A stretch of 64,000 nucleotides of DNA from Bdellovibrionales bacterium (GCA_964230645.1 CAXRHT010000001.1:256001-320000); one strand, 5' to 3'. Shown: positions 1 through 9,245, counted from the first letter of the stretch. Notes: a model not told the origin generated them from the sequence alone. Translations and numbers: made by a program.

Positions 1-552
1 GTTCTTTTTAAGCCAGATGTTGTTTCTTGGGGATGGATGAGGAATTGGGAGATAGTTATTCTTTAAATGTTGCTTCCAGTTTTTTACGTTTTCTGTGAGA
101 GTTTTTGATTCGTTTTTTAATATGTGGTCTTGGGCGTATTTTCCTATGAGAAGGTAGAGTTTGGGTTCTTTAAGGGCTTTTGACAAGGGAGGGTCCCATA
201 TTTTTCGGCATTCCTTTAATGGCGGGAGGTCGCCGGAGTCTCCTTTGCCGGGGTAGCAAAAGGCCATGGGGAGAATGGCGAAGTTTGAAGGTTTGTAGAA
301 TGTTTTTTCTGTCACTCCTAGCCAATCTCTTAGTCGTCTTCCGCTGGGGTCATCGAAAGGAATTCCTGAATTGTGAGCTTTGAAACCGGGGGCTTGGCTG
401 ATGAGTGCGATTTTGGAATTCGCTTCAAAGCTCACAATGGGCCTTGGGGCTAAAGGAAGAAACTTTCTGCAGTGAATGCAGTTTCTTATTTTTTTAAGTA
501 GCTCTTGGTCGGTAGTGATAAAAAAGCTCCGCTTTTTGTGGGTTTTATGCAA
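1..552 (-). CDS. Uracil-DNA glycosylase family protein, 3' end runs off the window (absent from the ORF track)
   Basis: Manual minus-strand translation gives CIHC...ISQAPGFKAHNSGIPFDDPSGRRLRDWLG...PMAFCYPGKGDSGDLPP...LLIGKYAQ...PHPSPRNNIWLKKN, typical UDG-like motifs. Start uncertain: TTG at 552 after AAGGA, or ATC at 519 after GGAG. Confidence 0.85.
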   Translation of the reverse strand, partial: MHKTHKKRSFFITTDQELLKKIRNCIHCRKFLPLAPRPIVSFEANSKIALISQAPGFKAHNSGIPFDDPSGRRLRDWLGVTEKTFYKPSNFAILPMAFCYPGKGDSGDLPPLKECRKIWDPPLSKALKEPKLYLLIGKYAQDHILKNESKTLTENVKNWKQHLKNNYLPIPHPSPRNNIWLKKN

Positions 553-702
553 CGAATTCCTTATTCTTGAGGAATACAGCACATTCCACCCTTAATTATC
601 AATAAATATTCAAAAAATATGCAACTTCCAGCGATCCTTTTAGTCGGAGGATCTGGCAGTTTTGAGAGTAAGAATTATTAACTGTTACAAAAGGAAATTA
701 TC

Positions 703-1287
703 ATGAAGAATTTTTTAACTGCGGCTCTTGTGACTAGTGGACTGTTTTTTCTAACACCCTCTCAGAGCAAAGCTGTAGCCGCTGACGATGGTGGGCTTTT
801 TTTAGAGCCTGGAGTGACTTATCAATTTAATACCGACGATCAACAGGATCTGCGCGGTCTTGGACTTATGTTCCGTTTGGGGTACCACATTGATGAACTT
901 ATCTTTCTTGGCGCCGATGCTCGTTACAGTTTTCTCGAATACGGTAACGACACGGCTAATTTTGAAAGTGATGCCACCTCATACAATCTTGCCCCTGTGG
1001 TCGGAATTCAAATGAGAGACATTGGTTTAAGAGCTTGGGGAAGTTGGGTTGTTTTAGGAAACCTTGATCCGGATTCTAGCAATGGCACTGATGTTAATTT
1101 TGAAGAAGCTCAAGGTTTTCGTGTCGGTGGCGGATATCATATCTACAACTTTTCTGTGAATCTTGAATACGAGCGAATCAATTACAACGATACCACTTTT
1201 AACTCTAATATTATTACCAATCCGGATGCCTACGACCTAGAGTCGGAAGCATGGATTATAAGTGTTTCGGCTCCTATTGAGATTTAG
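703..1287 (+). CDS. Outer-membrane beta-barrel protein (OmpA/OmpW-like, about 8 strands)
   Basis: Signal peptide, alternating amphipathic strands with aromatic residues, AAGGA RBS. Confidence 0.7.
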   Translation: MKNFLTAALVTSGLFFLTPSQSKAVAADDGGLFLEPGVTYQFNTDDQQDLRGLGLMFRLGYHIDELIFLGADARYSFLEYGNDTANFESDATSYNLAPVVGIQMRDIGLRAWGSWVVLGNLDPDSSNGTDVNFEEAQGFRVGGGYHIYNFSVNLEYERINYNDTTFNSNIITNPDAYDLESEAWIISVSAPIEI

Positions 1288-1312
1288 GACACGGGTTGAA
1301 ATTGTAATCTTG

Positions 1313-1351
1313 AACCCACTGAGTTTAACCCAGTGGGTTTTTCTTTTTTTT
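1313..1351 (+). terminator. Intrinsic terminator
   Basis: AACCCACTG/CAGTGGGTT stem followed by a T-rich run. Confidence 0.75.
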
Positions 1352-1356
1352 GGAGA

Positions 1357-1465
1357 TGTCATCTTGAGTATCGTACTGTCATCTTGAGCGTCAGCGAAAG
1401 ATCTTTCGCTATCGCTCAAGATGACATTATGAGGTTCAAGATGATAATATGAGGTTCAGGATGAC
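1357..1465. repeat. GTC-tagged REP-like palindrome cluster 1
   Basis: Near-perfect palindrome TGTCATCTTGAGCG..AGCGAAAGATCTTTCGCT..CGCTCAAGATGACA (1377-1426) flanked by roughly 20-bp partial tandem copies. Confidence 0.9.
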
Positions 1466-1531
1466 TTTTTTAGCTAGTGGAGTTAGTCTACCCCTCTAAT
1501 CCAACGACTACCTGATATTTGTGGAACTGAA

Positions 1532-2491
1532 ATGGATGATTTAAAAGAATTTTTGACAGAACTTTCCGTGGTGCCCTACTCCCTTTGGATTTGGTTTACC
1601 ATTGGTGTTTTAATTCTTCTGGTTATAGACCTTGCGCTCTTTGGTCATTCCAATAAAAAGATGCACTGGAAGACGGGGCTCATTGAAAGTATTCTTTGGA
1701 TTAGCGTGGCTTTAGGTTTTAACCTCTGGTTTGCCTATCAATTCGGCTGGAAGCTGGGATCAGAATTTTTAACCGCGTACGTGGTCGAAAAAAGTCTGAG
1801 TGTGGACAATCTTTTTGTCATTCTTCTAATTTTTCAATCTCTTCGGATCCCCGACCGCTTTCAGCACAGAGTCCTTTTTTACGGAATTTTTGGAGCCGTT
1901 GTCTTCCGTGCGATTTTTATCTTAATTGGAGCTAAGATCATCCACCATTTTCACTGGGTTCTTTACATCTTTGGAATCATCCTGGTCTATTCCGCTTATA
2001 GTTTGATTACTCGCAACAAAGTAGAGCACGAAAAAGAAGAAAGTAAGCTCTTAAGAAAGTTACGACGAGTTCTCCCCACTACCACTCTCACAGAAAGCGA
2101 AGACTTCTTCGTTCGCAAAGAGGGACGTCTCATGGTGACGCCTCTTTTTCTCGCTCTTGCGACCATCGAGATCAGCGACATCTTTTTTGCCGTGGATTCG
2201 ATCCCGGCTGTTTTTGCGGTGACCAACGATGCCTTTGTAGCCTTTGCCTCTAATATCTTAGCCATCCTTGGACTCAGAGCTCTGTTTTTTGTGCTCGCCG
2301 ATGGAGTATCAAAACTCAAGTATCTTGAAGTGGGCCTTGCTTTTGTATTGGGTTTTATCGGAGTAAAAATGCTCATCGAAGAGTGGCTTCATATTCCAAG
2401 CTGGGTGTCTTTGATGGTGATTGCTGTAATTTTTATCACTACGGGAATCATGTCTCTTCGAGCCAATAGCATCGAAAAAGATACCCTCTAA
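1532..2491 (+). CDS. terC: TerC/Alx family membrane protein
   Basis: EKSLSVDNLFV, QHRVLFYGI.GA...R, D..FAVDSIPA and SNILAILGLRAL motifs; multiple TM helices. Confidence 0.9.
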   Translation: MDDLKEFLTELSVVPYSLWIWFTIGVLILLVIDLALFGHSNKKMHWKTGLIESILWISVALGFNLWFAYQFGWKLGSEFLTAYVVEKSLSVDNLFVILLIFQSLRIPDRFQHRVLFYGIFGAVVFRAIFILIGAKIIHHFHWVLYIFGIILVYSAYSLITRNKVEHEKEESKLLRKLRRVLPTTTLTESEDFFVRKEGRLMVTPLFLALATIEISDIFFAVDSIPAVFAVTNDAFVAFASNILAILGLRALFFVLADGVSKLKYLEVGLAFVLGFIGVKMLIEEWLHIPSWVSLMVIAVIFITTGIMSLRANSIEKDTL

Positions 2492-2514
2492 AATCGAATC
2501 TCGAGTGAGTCGGA

Positions 2515-3807
2515 CTAGATTTCTCGCAAATAGCCCCAGCTATGAAGCCGGTCACTGTCCTCGGACCAGCGATCCCCAATATCTTTTCTAAAGTACATAT
2601 TGGGAATCAAAATATTTTTAATCCGGTTATAGGCCTGGCTCTGGGCTTGCTTCATCGTGGGGCCACTCCCGCAGACAACCAAAACCACTCCCACAGATCC
2701 AGCCACAAACCACTGATCTCCAAGCTGCTTCACATCCTCGATGTGAACTCCTTCCCTATTGGGCTTTTTAAAAACGATAGCCGCATTTTTTGAATAGGAA
2801 TCAAAGGTTTTTTTATCTTCAAAAGGAAAAGGCGGCATGCAAAGCCTCACTCCAATATGGAAACCCTGTTTGGTGCGAAGTTTTGTTTTCTCTCCGCTGG
2901 CCAGTTCATAAAAGAATTTTCCCATAGGGGTCAGCATACTTTCTTGCTGGATGCTGATAGTTGGGTACCCGAAACGGGATGTGAACTCTAAAGGATAAAC
3001 CCCTTTGTGATTCACAATACAGTTAAGATCTATATACCCCACAAACCCCTCTTCTTTAAGTTTAGGCGCCATGCGGGAAAGTGTGAGGTTAAACAAGCGG
3101 TTGGGCCCGCTCCAGAACATGGCTGTCCCCATCTCCCCGGTAGGAGGTCCAAAATTTCCAGGGAAAAGTTTTTTGTGTTCAAAGTTAATATTGATAGGGA
3201 GAACAAACTCTTCTCCGTTAAAAAAAGCGCCCACGGCCACCTCAACCCCTTGCACTCTTTTTTGAAGTTGAAACTGTTTTATCTTTTCTGAAAAGGCTTT
3301 TTTATAGGCCTCAAGCATGCGAACCAGGTCACTGCCATCATCCTCCTCTCCAACAAAAAGTAGCCTTTTGGTGTTTTGAGCTTCCCCACTGGGCTTAATC
3401 ACATAGGAAGCGGGATTCTTTTTCACATATTCAATGGCGTCGTCAAAGGAGGTGAAATCTTGATAGGGAATAATTTGGATATCGTATTTTTTTAACTCTT
3501 CTTGCCCAAAGGATCTGTCGTCTTCGAGTTTATCTGTATAGGGTGTGCCACCGATGACTTTTTTGCCTTTTTTTCTGAGCTCACTGGCAAGCTCGCCATG
3601 ACCCAGCACATCGTCAAAGACAATCACATCGGCCCAATCCACATGATCGCGCCAGGCATCAACTTTTTCAACAAAGCCGTCAGAGATCTCTCGCTCTGAC
3701 TCAGAATCAATGGAGTAGCGAACACTGTGCCCCTCTTTTTGAACTTGCCATGCAATGTCCCCAATAAGACCGGACCAAGAAACAAATAAGAAATTGTGCT
3801 TTTCCAT
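2515..3807 (-). CDS. Phosphoribosylamine-glycine ligase-like ATP-grasp protein (divergent PurD-like)
   Basis: LE.DR.FG, YVIKP, FEHKKLF.G..GP.TGEMG, LEFTSRFGYP and Y.R.DIG motifs of the PurD family. Confidence 0.75.
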   Translation of the reverse strand: MEKHNFLFVSWSGLIGDIAWQVQKEGHSVRYSIDSESEREISDGFVEKVDAWRDHVDWADVIVFDDVLGHGELASELRKKGKKVIGGTPYTDKLEDDRSFGQEELKKYDIQIIPYQDFTSFDDAIEYVKKNPASYVIKPSGEAQNTKRLLFVGEEDDGSDLVRMLEAYKKAFSEKIKQFQLQKRVQGVEVAVGAFFNGEEFVLPININFEHKKLFPGNFGPPTGEMGTAMFWSGPNRLFNLTLSRMAPKLKEEGFVGYIDLNCIVNHKGVYPLEFTSRFGYPTISIQQESMLTPMGKFFYELASGEKTKLRTKQGFHIGVRLCMPPFPFEDKKTFDSYSKNAAIVFKKPNREGVHIEDVKQLGDQWFVAGSVGVVLVVCGSGPTMKQAQSQAYNRIKNILIPNMYFRKDIGDRWSEDSDRLHSWGYLREI

Positions 3808-3881
3808 TATAAAACTCCCCTCTGAAACGGCTGTTAGGCTTCAGGGAATTTTATACATGAATTTTTGCTGAATGTAATGTT

Positions 3882-4523
3882 TTATGCCGCCTTTATATGG
3901 CCAGGAAACTGTATAGGGTCTTTCGCCTTTTCTTTTTCCAGTTTTTTATGGGCTGCGATAAAGATGTTTACAAACTCCTCATCGAACTGAGAGCCTGCAA
4001 ACTTGCGCAATTCTTTATAAACGACAGGCATCGGCAAACCTTTGCGGTAGGCCCGTGTTTGAGTCATAGCGTCGACCGTATCGGCAATGAGAATCAAACG
4101 AGAAATATGAGGAATTTGCTCCCCTTCTAACTTTAGGGGATATCCTTTACCATCGACTCTTTCGTGGTGGTGAAGAACAGCCACCTGCACTTCTCTAAAA
4201 AATTCGGAGTGCTCAAGGGACTCTAGCATTTCAGCGCTAAAAAGAGAGTGCTTTTTCATAAGCTCATATTCATCATCTGTTAGTTTTCCAGGTTTATTTA
4301 AAACACTTAGAGGAATTTTTGCTTTACCGACGTCATGCAAGAGACCTGCAAATTGAGCCAAAAGTTTTTCGTAGTCACTCAGTTCTGCTGCTTCCGCTAT
4401 AAAAACACAGAGTTCAGAAACCCTGACACAGTGTTTGTAAGTTTCAAGATCGTGCTCTTTGAGCTCCTCAAGAATTTCGTTCACCTGAACGAGTAGCGGC
4501 TGTGGAATAGAACTCCAGATCAT
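3882..4523 (-). CDS. Stand-alone HD-GYP cyclic dinucleotide phosphodiesterase
   Basis: LLHDVGK, HHHERVDGKGYP, ADTVDAM and RAYR motifs. Confidence 0.9.
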   Translation of the reverse strand: MIWSSIPQPLLVQVNEILEELKEHDLETYKHCVRVSELCVFIAEAAELSDYEKLLAQFAGLLHDVGKAKIPLSVLNKPGKLTDDEYELMKKHSLFSAEMLESLEHSEFFREVQVAVLHHHERVDGKGYPLKLEGEQIPHISRLILIADTVDAMTQTRAYRKGLPMPVVYKELRKFAGSQFDEEFVNIFIAAHKKLEKEKAKDPIQFPGHIKAA

Positions 4524-4596
4524 AAATAGACTCCCCTCATTGACCCCAAACGGTTACCATTCTCTTTGTTCAAAGAGACGACCACCTACATTGATA

Positions 4597-4623
4597 GTAT
4601 CGGCCTAGGTCTAGCGGAACTAA
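4597..4623 (-). promoter_or_regulatory. Putative sigma28 (FliA) promoter of the HD-GYP gene
   Basis: TTAG-N15-GCCGATAC on the minus strand. Confidence 0.5.
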
Positions 4624-4775
4624 AACACATTTGTACAATTTCTCATATTGAGTCCTTTTTACTAGAGACTTGAAATGAATTTTATTAAATTTATTGGCTC
4701 TTAGTCCAATTCAATCAAGTCGGGTCTCAAAAAGACCCAATCTTTTCGCTAGAATAACCTCTGAAAGGTGGTTTC

Positions 4776-5936
4776 ATGGAAGAAAAACAATCGACCTCAA
4801 TCAGTGGAAAATATGTTATGGGAGTTCTCGTTGCCGTGGTCTTAGGGATTGGGGCTTATGTTGTCTCTGATCAACCCACACAGGCGACCAAGGGAAAAAG
4901 AAACATAGCAGAATTTTTAAATCCCAATCAACACTTAGCAAGACTGACCCATGCCGATCGTGTTCGACTGCGTGAAAATATGCTCGCTCGTCAGTGTTAC
5001 AGCGGGACAGTGATTGATCAAAATAGTGAGTCCTGTGGAGCTTTTAACGATTGGCCCAATGGAGATCCCAGCTTTAATGATGATCCTCTTATGAATATGA
5101 TCCCAAGACAAACGCGTGTGAACGTGGATGTTGTTTGTAACGAAGCCACAGGACAATTTCAGACTAGAGTTTACTTTCCAAATGTTTGCCCTCTGACTCG
5201 CGACTCTCGCCCTACGGGTGATTGTGGAGAGTCCTATTTTCAAAATCCCTACACTCAAAACCGTGACACGCCCTTTTCGACAACACCAGATAACTGGTTG
5301 ACCTCCCCTGGTGTTTTTAACCATAACGATGTCACCAACGTGACAAGCAGAAACCAACCCGGTCGTGAGAGTGATTTCAATATAGATCCTAACACCGATT
5401 TAAATTCTTTTGACTATAGTTCAAACTTGGGTGCGGGAGCGCAAGCGGGTGCGGAACTTCACATTGTCAGTAGCGCAAAAGAATGGGAAGGCGCTGCGAT
5501 GACCAACACTCTTTGGCTCCGAGGAGACTACGCCATTCATGGAGCTTGTGAAGGTTACACCGATGATCTTCAATGTGAGTTCAGTGGTCGTCCCGCCTCA
5601 AGAGGTTGCATTCGTCTTGAACCAAACAATGCGCGCGCTCTTTATAATCTCGTCAGACGTGTCGGTACACGCCATGTCCGCTATCAATTTCACGGTTATG
5701 GTCGTCCTCTTGCAAGATTGGGTGGGCGCCCCGCTTGTTCTTTAAGCCAAGAAGAGTGGGATAGACATCAAGCCGGTCAACCCGTGCTTGCCGAAACTGA
5801 GGCTCAAGTAGAGACTCGCCAGCAAACAGCAAGACGGGAGAGCCGTCAATCCTACAACTGGTTTCAACGGGCCTGGAGAGGGATTAGTAACTTCTTTAGA
5901 GGTAATAGTCGCAACCAGCGTGGTTCTGCTCAATAA
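4776..5936 (+). CDS. L,D-transpeptidase (YkuD-like) family protein with N-terminal membrane anchor
   Basis: YAIHG...GRPASRGCIRL resembles the YkuD HG...S(H)GC.R catalytic motif; N-terminal TM helix. Confidence 0.75.
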   Translation: MEEKQSTSISGKYVMGVLVAVVLGIGAYVVSDQPTQATKGKRNIAEFLNPNQHLARLTHADRVRLRENMLARQCYSGTVIDQNSESCGAFNDWPNGDPSFNDDPLMNMIPRQTRVNVDVVCNEATGQFQTRVYFPNVCPLTRDSRPTGDCGESYFQNPYTQNRDTPFSTTPDNWLTSPGVFNHNDVTNVTSRNQPGRESDFNIDPNTDLNSFDYSSNLGAGAQAGAELHIVSSAKEWEGAAMTNTLWLRGDYAIHGACEGYTDDLQCEFSGRPASRGCIRLEPNNARALYNLVRRVGTRHVRYQFHGYGRPLARLGGRPACSLSQEEWDRHQAGQPVLAETEAQVETRQQTARRESRQSYNWFQRAWRGISNFFRGNSRNQRGSAQ

Positions 5937-5956
5937 TTAACTTCTCTATTTTTCAT

Positions 5957-5988
5957 AAAAAAAAAAGCTCCTGAACGGAGCTTTTTTT
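5957..5988. terminator. Bidirectional intrinsic terminator
   Basis: A10-GCTCC-loop-GGAGC-T7 between convergent genes. Confidence 0.85.
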
Positions 5989-6007
5989 GTATCAATTGTA
6001 AGATATC

Positions 6008-7258
6008 TTATCGACTTGTTGGACGATCGTAGTTACCGCCCTCACTTTCCTCTGGGCAGCAAAGACCTCTTTGGCTACAAAGTTGAGCCTGTTGTGAGCG
6101 AGACTTGCTAGAACAGATTACTGGAGTGTAGTCCACAGGATCGTTGGGCTCTTGTGGTTCTGGACGATCAGGACAGCATACCCCTCTCTGTGCACAAAGC
6201 TGCGCTTGTCCTTGAGGAGTTTTGCTAGAACAGATGATCGTAGGAATCTCAAGAGGATCGTCACTTGTTGGTGGTGGATAATGGGGTTGTGGCTGAGGAC
6301 GTGGAGTATCAGGCACTCGGCAACCATTGTAGCCAGTAAAACAAGTGGATGTCGCCATACCTTCAAGCATGTTCCAACCACCAGACTGACAAGACATTTG
6401 CTTTCTATGGATACATTTACAAATTTGAACCGCTTGTGGACGGCCACCCATACGAGAAGAATATTGTCTTACACAACGCTCATCGTAACGATGTTGAGTG
6501 TTGGTGTCGGTATTGAATTTACCATTATCACGGAAGTTAGGTCTAACCATATCCAAACGACGACGAAAATCACGAGGCATACTGCGTGTACTACACATGC
6601 GACCGCCGCGGAAATTACTGCGGTAAGGTCTCAATTCATCAGCACTGACTGAATAGCGGTTGCCACCGGACTGTACAGTGATCGGACGAGCGGTGTACTC
6701 ACATCGAGGAGCATTGGCGGCATTGGCTTCATTAGCAGCAATCGCTAATCCCCCGGCAACAAGTCCGAAAGCTAACAAAGGAGCAATCGCGTGGGCTTCA
6801 TTAACGAAAAGAGCGTCATAAACTCCTGCCACTGAATTCTTTTTAAGAGCGGCGACGTTTTTCTCATGGTAGTCTTTAAAACTCATTCCGTCTGTCCACG
6901 CAATGAGAGTTCCGTTGAGTTTGTAAGAACGACCGTTAGCGTCCATATCAGAGATAATGGCTTGCACTCTTCCATTGATACGAAGAGCCACTTTTCCGCC
7001 GGTACGGGGTTCAAAGCGCCAAAGCCATTTATCAAATTGCTTTTTGTTTTCCTTGTAAAGCTTATCCAAATATTTGTGATCCGCACGGCTTTCAAAATGA
7101 CCTTTGTACTTCATTACAAGTGCTTCAAGATTTGACTCGTAGTTTAGATAGTCAATACCTCGGCGAACGTTCACGTTTAAATCGGCGTTCGCAAAACTTG
7201 TTGAAAGCAATAGAACCAATTGGATAAATCCGATGATTACATTTCTTAGAGATTTCAT
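6008..7258 (-). CDS. Secreted Cys-rich hypothetical protein with a duplicated C-terminal Cys motif
   Basis: Signal peptide ending ANA, internal hydrophobic segment, Pro-rich linker, two ICSSK...QAQLC.QRG.CCP repeats; AAGGG RBS. Confidence 0.75.
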   Translation of the reverse strand: MKSLRNVIIGFIQLVLLLSTSFANADLNVNVRRGIDYLNYESNLEALVMKYKGHFESRADHKYLDKLYKENKKQFDKWLWRFEPRTGGKVALRINGRVQAIISDMDANGRSYKLNGTLIAWTDGMSFKDYHEKNVAALKKNSVAGVYDALFVNEAHAIAPLLAFGLVAGGLAIAANEANAANAPRCEYTARPITVQSGGNRYSVSADELRPYRSNFRGGRMCSTRSMPRDFRRRLDMVRPNFRDNGKFNTDTNTQHRYDERCVRQYSSRMGGRPQAVQICKCIHRKQMSCQSGGWNMLEGMATSTCFTGYNGCRVPDTPRPQPQPHYPPPTSDDPLEIPTIICSSKTPQGQAQLCAQRGVCCPDRPEPQEPNDPVDYTPVICSSKSRSQQAQLCSQRGLCCPEESEGGNYDRPTSR

Positions 7259-7370
7259 ATCCCTTCCCTTTGTTGAAAGAAAACTTATAATGCCAGATCG
7301 GTTGTTAAAATCTGAGACTTTAGTTCCTACCGACTGAAACTAGACTATCATCCCTGAATTGCTAAAAGAA

Positions 7371-7510
7371 AGCATTCAGGGGCTAGACCTGGACCCCTAC
7401 GATCAGCCTCGACTTAGGGAAGTGCTTCAGCCCCAATGAGTGACGCAGTTGAAGTTAAATTTCTTCCTAGATCATCGAACGGAAAACTTCCCCCTGAGGC
7501 CCTGGAAGCT
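7371..7510 (+). ncRNA. Candidate structured ncRNA (rod with central bubble, 6S-like architecture)
   Basis: Manual folding: 7371-7384 pairs with 7497-7510 and 7409-7431 pairs with 7448-7478. G-U pairs favour the + strand. TAGACT-N16-TAAAAG lies just upstream. Confidence 0.4.
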
Positions 7511-7570
7511 ACATTCACCTCTTTAATGAGTGTAAAATCTAGGTTGGTGCTCAACAAGGGGTTTATAAGA

Positions 7571-9025
7571 GTGTTGCATTCATTATTACCAGTTCGCTTC
7601 TTTTTTGTTTCGATTCTCATTTTAGGATCGACTTCCAAAGCCTCTCTTCGTCTAGAGGAAGGCTCCTATGCCAATAGAACTCATATTGATGCTGCGTTAA
7701 GAAGAGCCAATCTCAACTTCACCTACAGAGGTTGTGACCAAACCCCTGATCCCCGCCGCGTGCAACTCACTCCCGACCCCAATTGCGCGCGAAGCACTCC
7801 TCAGGAGACTGGAACCTCCGGAAATGCCCATGGTCGCACAAGCCTTGAAGGACGAGTGACTGCCACCTACGAAGACCAAACCGAATGTGAAGACAACGAA
7901 CAAGTCACCAGACGCATTCACACCAATCATTCTTTAAGAAACATCTACGAACATTTTGAACGCCTGGGCTGCCGCCCTACTCACATTGTGATTGAAGACA
8001 GCGATCCCGAGTTTTTAAGTCAAGTCAGACAAAGCACTCAAGATCCTAGTCTTTGTGAAATTCCTGAGACTCGCATTTCAAAACCGGGTTTTCCCACCGA
8101 CGAACATTCTTTTTTCAATATGAGTGCTAATGATGAAGGCTTTAAAATCGGCGGACACACCGAGTATAAATTCAATCACGACACAGGCTCTTGGTGCGTA
8201 CGATACATCCCTAACAACACTGGAAGTTGCGAACAGCCCCAAGACTGGCCAGGCCCCATTCCAATGCTTTACTGCACGGACACCACCCCTAACAGCTGCC
8301 AGCAAGGCCGAGGGAACTATCACGTTAAGGGAACGGTTTCGCTTATGCCCAATGGACAAGCGCAAATCCGTGCTATGAACCGAACTTTTTCCAGCTACGA
8401 GGCTGTGTTTGAAGCTCAGAAAAATGGGGAACTCACAAATACGATCACTTCGGCTGGACGCATTGATTTTCAAACCTGGAGAAAACCCAACGGGCTTGTT
8501 CGCAGTATCGTACGCTCTTACGACCAAGACACACCCGGCGCGAACCATCAAAGAGCGATTAACTTTTTTGCCCGTAATGTTTTTGGGATTGGGGTGACAA
8601 GCAGTTGGTGTTCGGATGAGCACTGCTTTGCTGATGTTAGCCAGGAAAGGCTTCGCCCCTCTCGCTGCGAAGATAACCCCAGTGTGAATCTCCACAATGG
8701 AGGAAGTGGGAACTTGTGTCACTCTTGCATTGGAATTCTTCCGGGACATTGTGCGATTGAACGCCAAGAAGTGGACTACTTGCGCTCGAAGCTTCGCCAA
8801 AACTCCCAGTTTACCATTCTTGATACCGGCGAGTACAAAATGGGTCAAAACGTTGAAACCGGTCTCATGGCCAATTTCAACCGTATCGTTACCACTCCTC
8901 AAAATAACCGCGGCTGCTTTGAGGGCCACTCCCCTTCTTTTGATCATGTCTTTGATCCTGGGGAAGTGGAACGTAATGGGAGCACTGAGGGGCGAACGAT
9001 TCAGAACAAAAAAGAATCGCTTTAG
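7571..9025 (+). CDS. Secreted Cys-containing hypothetical protein
   Basis: Long ORF (track 7436..9025). A GTG start at 7571 gives a signal peptide ending SKA. Confidence 0.65.
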   Translation: MLHSLLPVRFFFVSILILGSTSKASLRLEEGSYANRTHIDAALRRANLNFTYRGCDQTPDPRRVQLTPDPNCARSTPQETGTSGNAHGRTSLEGRVTATYEDQTECEDNEQVTRRIHTNHSLRNIYEHFERLGCRPTHIVIEDSDPEFLSQVRQSTQDPSLCEIPETRISKPGFPTDEHSFFNMSANDEGFKIGGHTEYKFNHDTGSWCVRYIPNNTGSCEQPQDWPGPIPMLYCTDTTPNSCQQGRGNYHVKGTVSLMPNGQAQIRAMNRTFSSYEAVFEAQKNGELTNTITSAGRIDFQTWRKPNGLVRSIVRSYDQDTPGANHQRAINFFARNVFGIGVTSSWCSDEHCFADVSQERLRPSRCEDNPSVNLHNGGSGNLCHSCIGILPGHCAIERQEVDYLRSKLRQNSQFTILDTGEYKMGQNVETGLMANFNRIVTTPQNNRGCFEGHSPSFDHVFDPGEVERNGSTEGRTIQNKKESL

Positions 9026-9052
9026 GGTGCAAAGAAGAAGGCCTCGGTTGGC

Positions 9053-9203
9053 ATTCAATCCTGTTTTGCTGGAGTTTTTAAGACACCTATTTTCATAGGC
9101 ACAGCTCCTGCTTTGCTGGCATCACCCTGCGGGTGAGCGCGTCCCGCTTGCCAGAGCCTACGAAAATAGGTGTCTTAAAAACTCCAGCAAAACAGAATTG
9201 AAT
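9053..9203. repeat. Long inverted-repeat element (MITE/REPIN-like)
   Basis: 48-bp arms (9053-9100 and 9156-9203) with 2 mismatches around a structured core. Confidence 0.85.
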
Positions 9204-9245
9204 AGCCTTGTGATTTTTTTTGTATTTTTAAAATTATTTAATTTG

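Noticed and set aside
370..438. Perfect 15-bp inverted repeat enclosing CTGATGAG, resembling a type III hammerhead ribozyme
   Set aside because: The core has CAAA where GAAA is required, stem I is weak, and the region lies inside the UDG-family coding sequence on the other strand.
1466..1531. yybP-ykoY manganese riboswitch upstream of terC
   Set aside because: Only a small hairpin is present; no GGGGAGUAG-type core and too little space.
7379..7413. GGGGCT...GG...TCGAC resembling a tmRNA 5' end
   Set aside because: Spacing is wrong and I see no tRNA-like 3' end (T-arm, CCA) downstream.
8078..9058. 326-aa antisense ORF
   Set aside because: Lies almost entirely opposite a gene with a signal peptide, has no recognisable motif and starts at the edge of a repeat; likely a shadow ORF.
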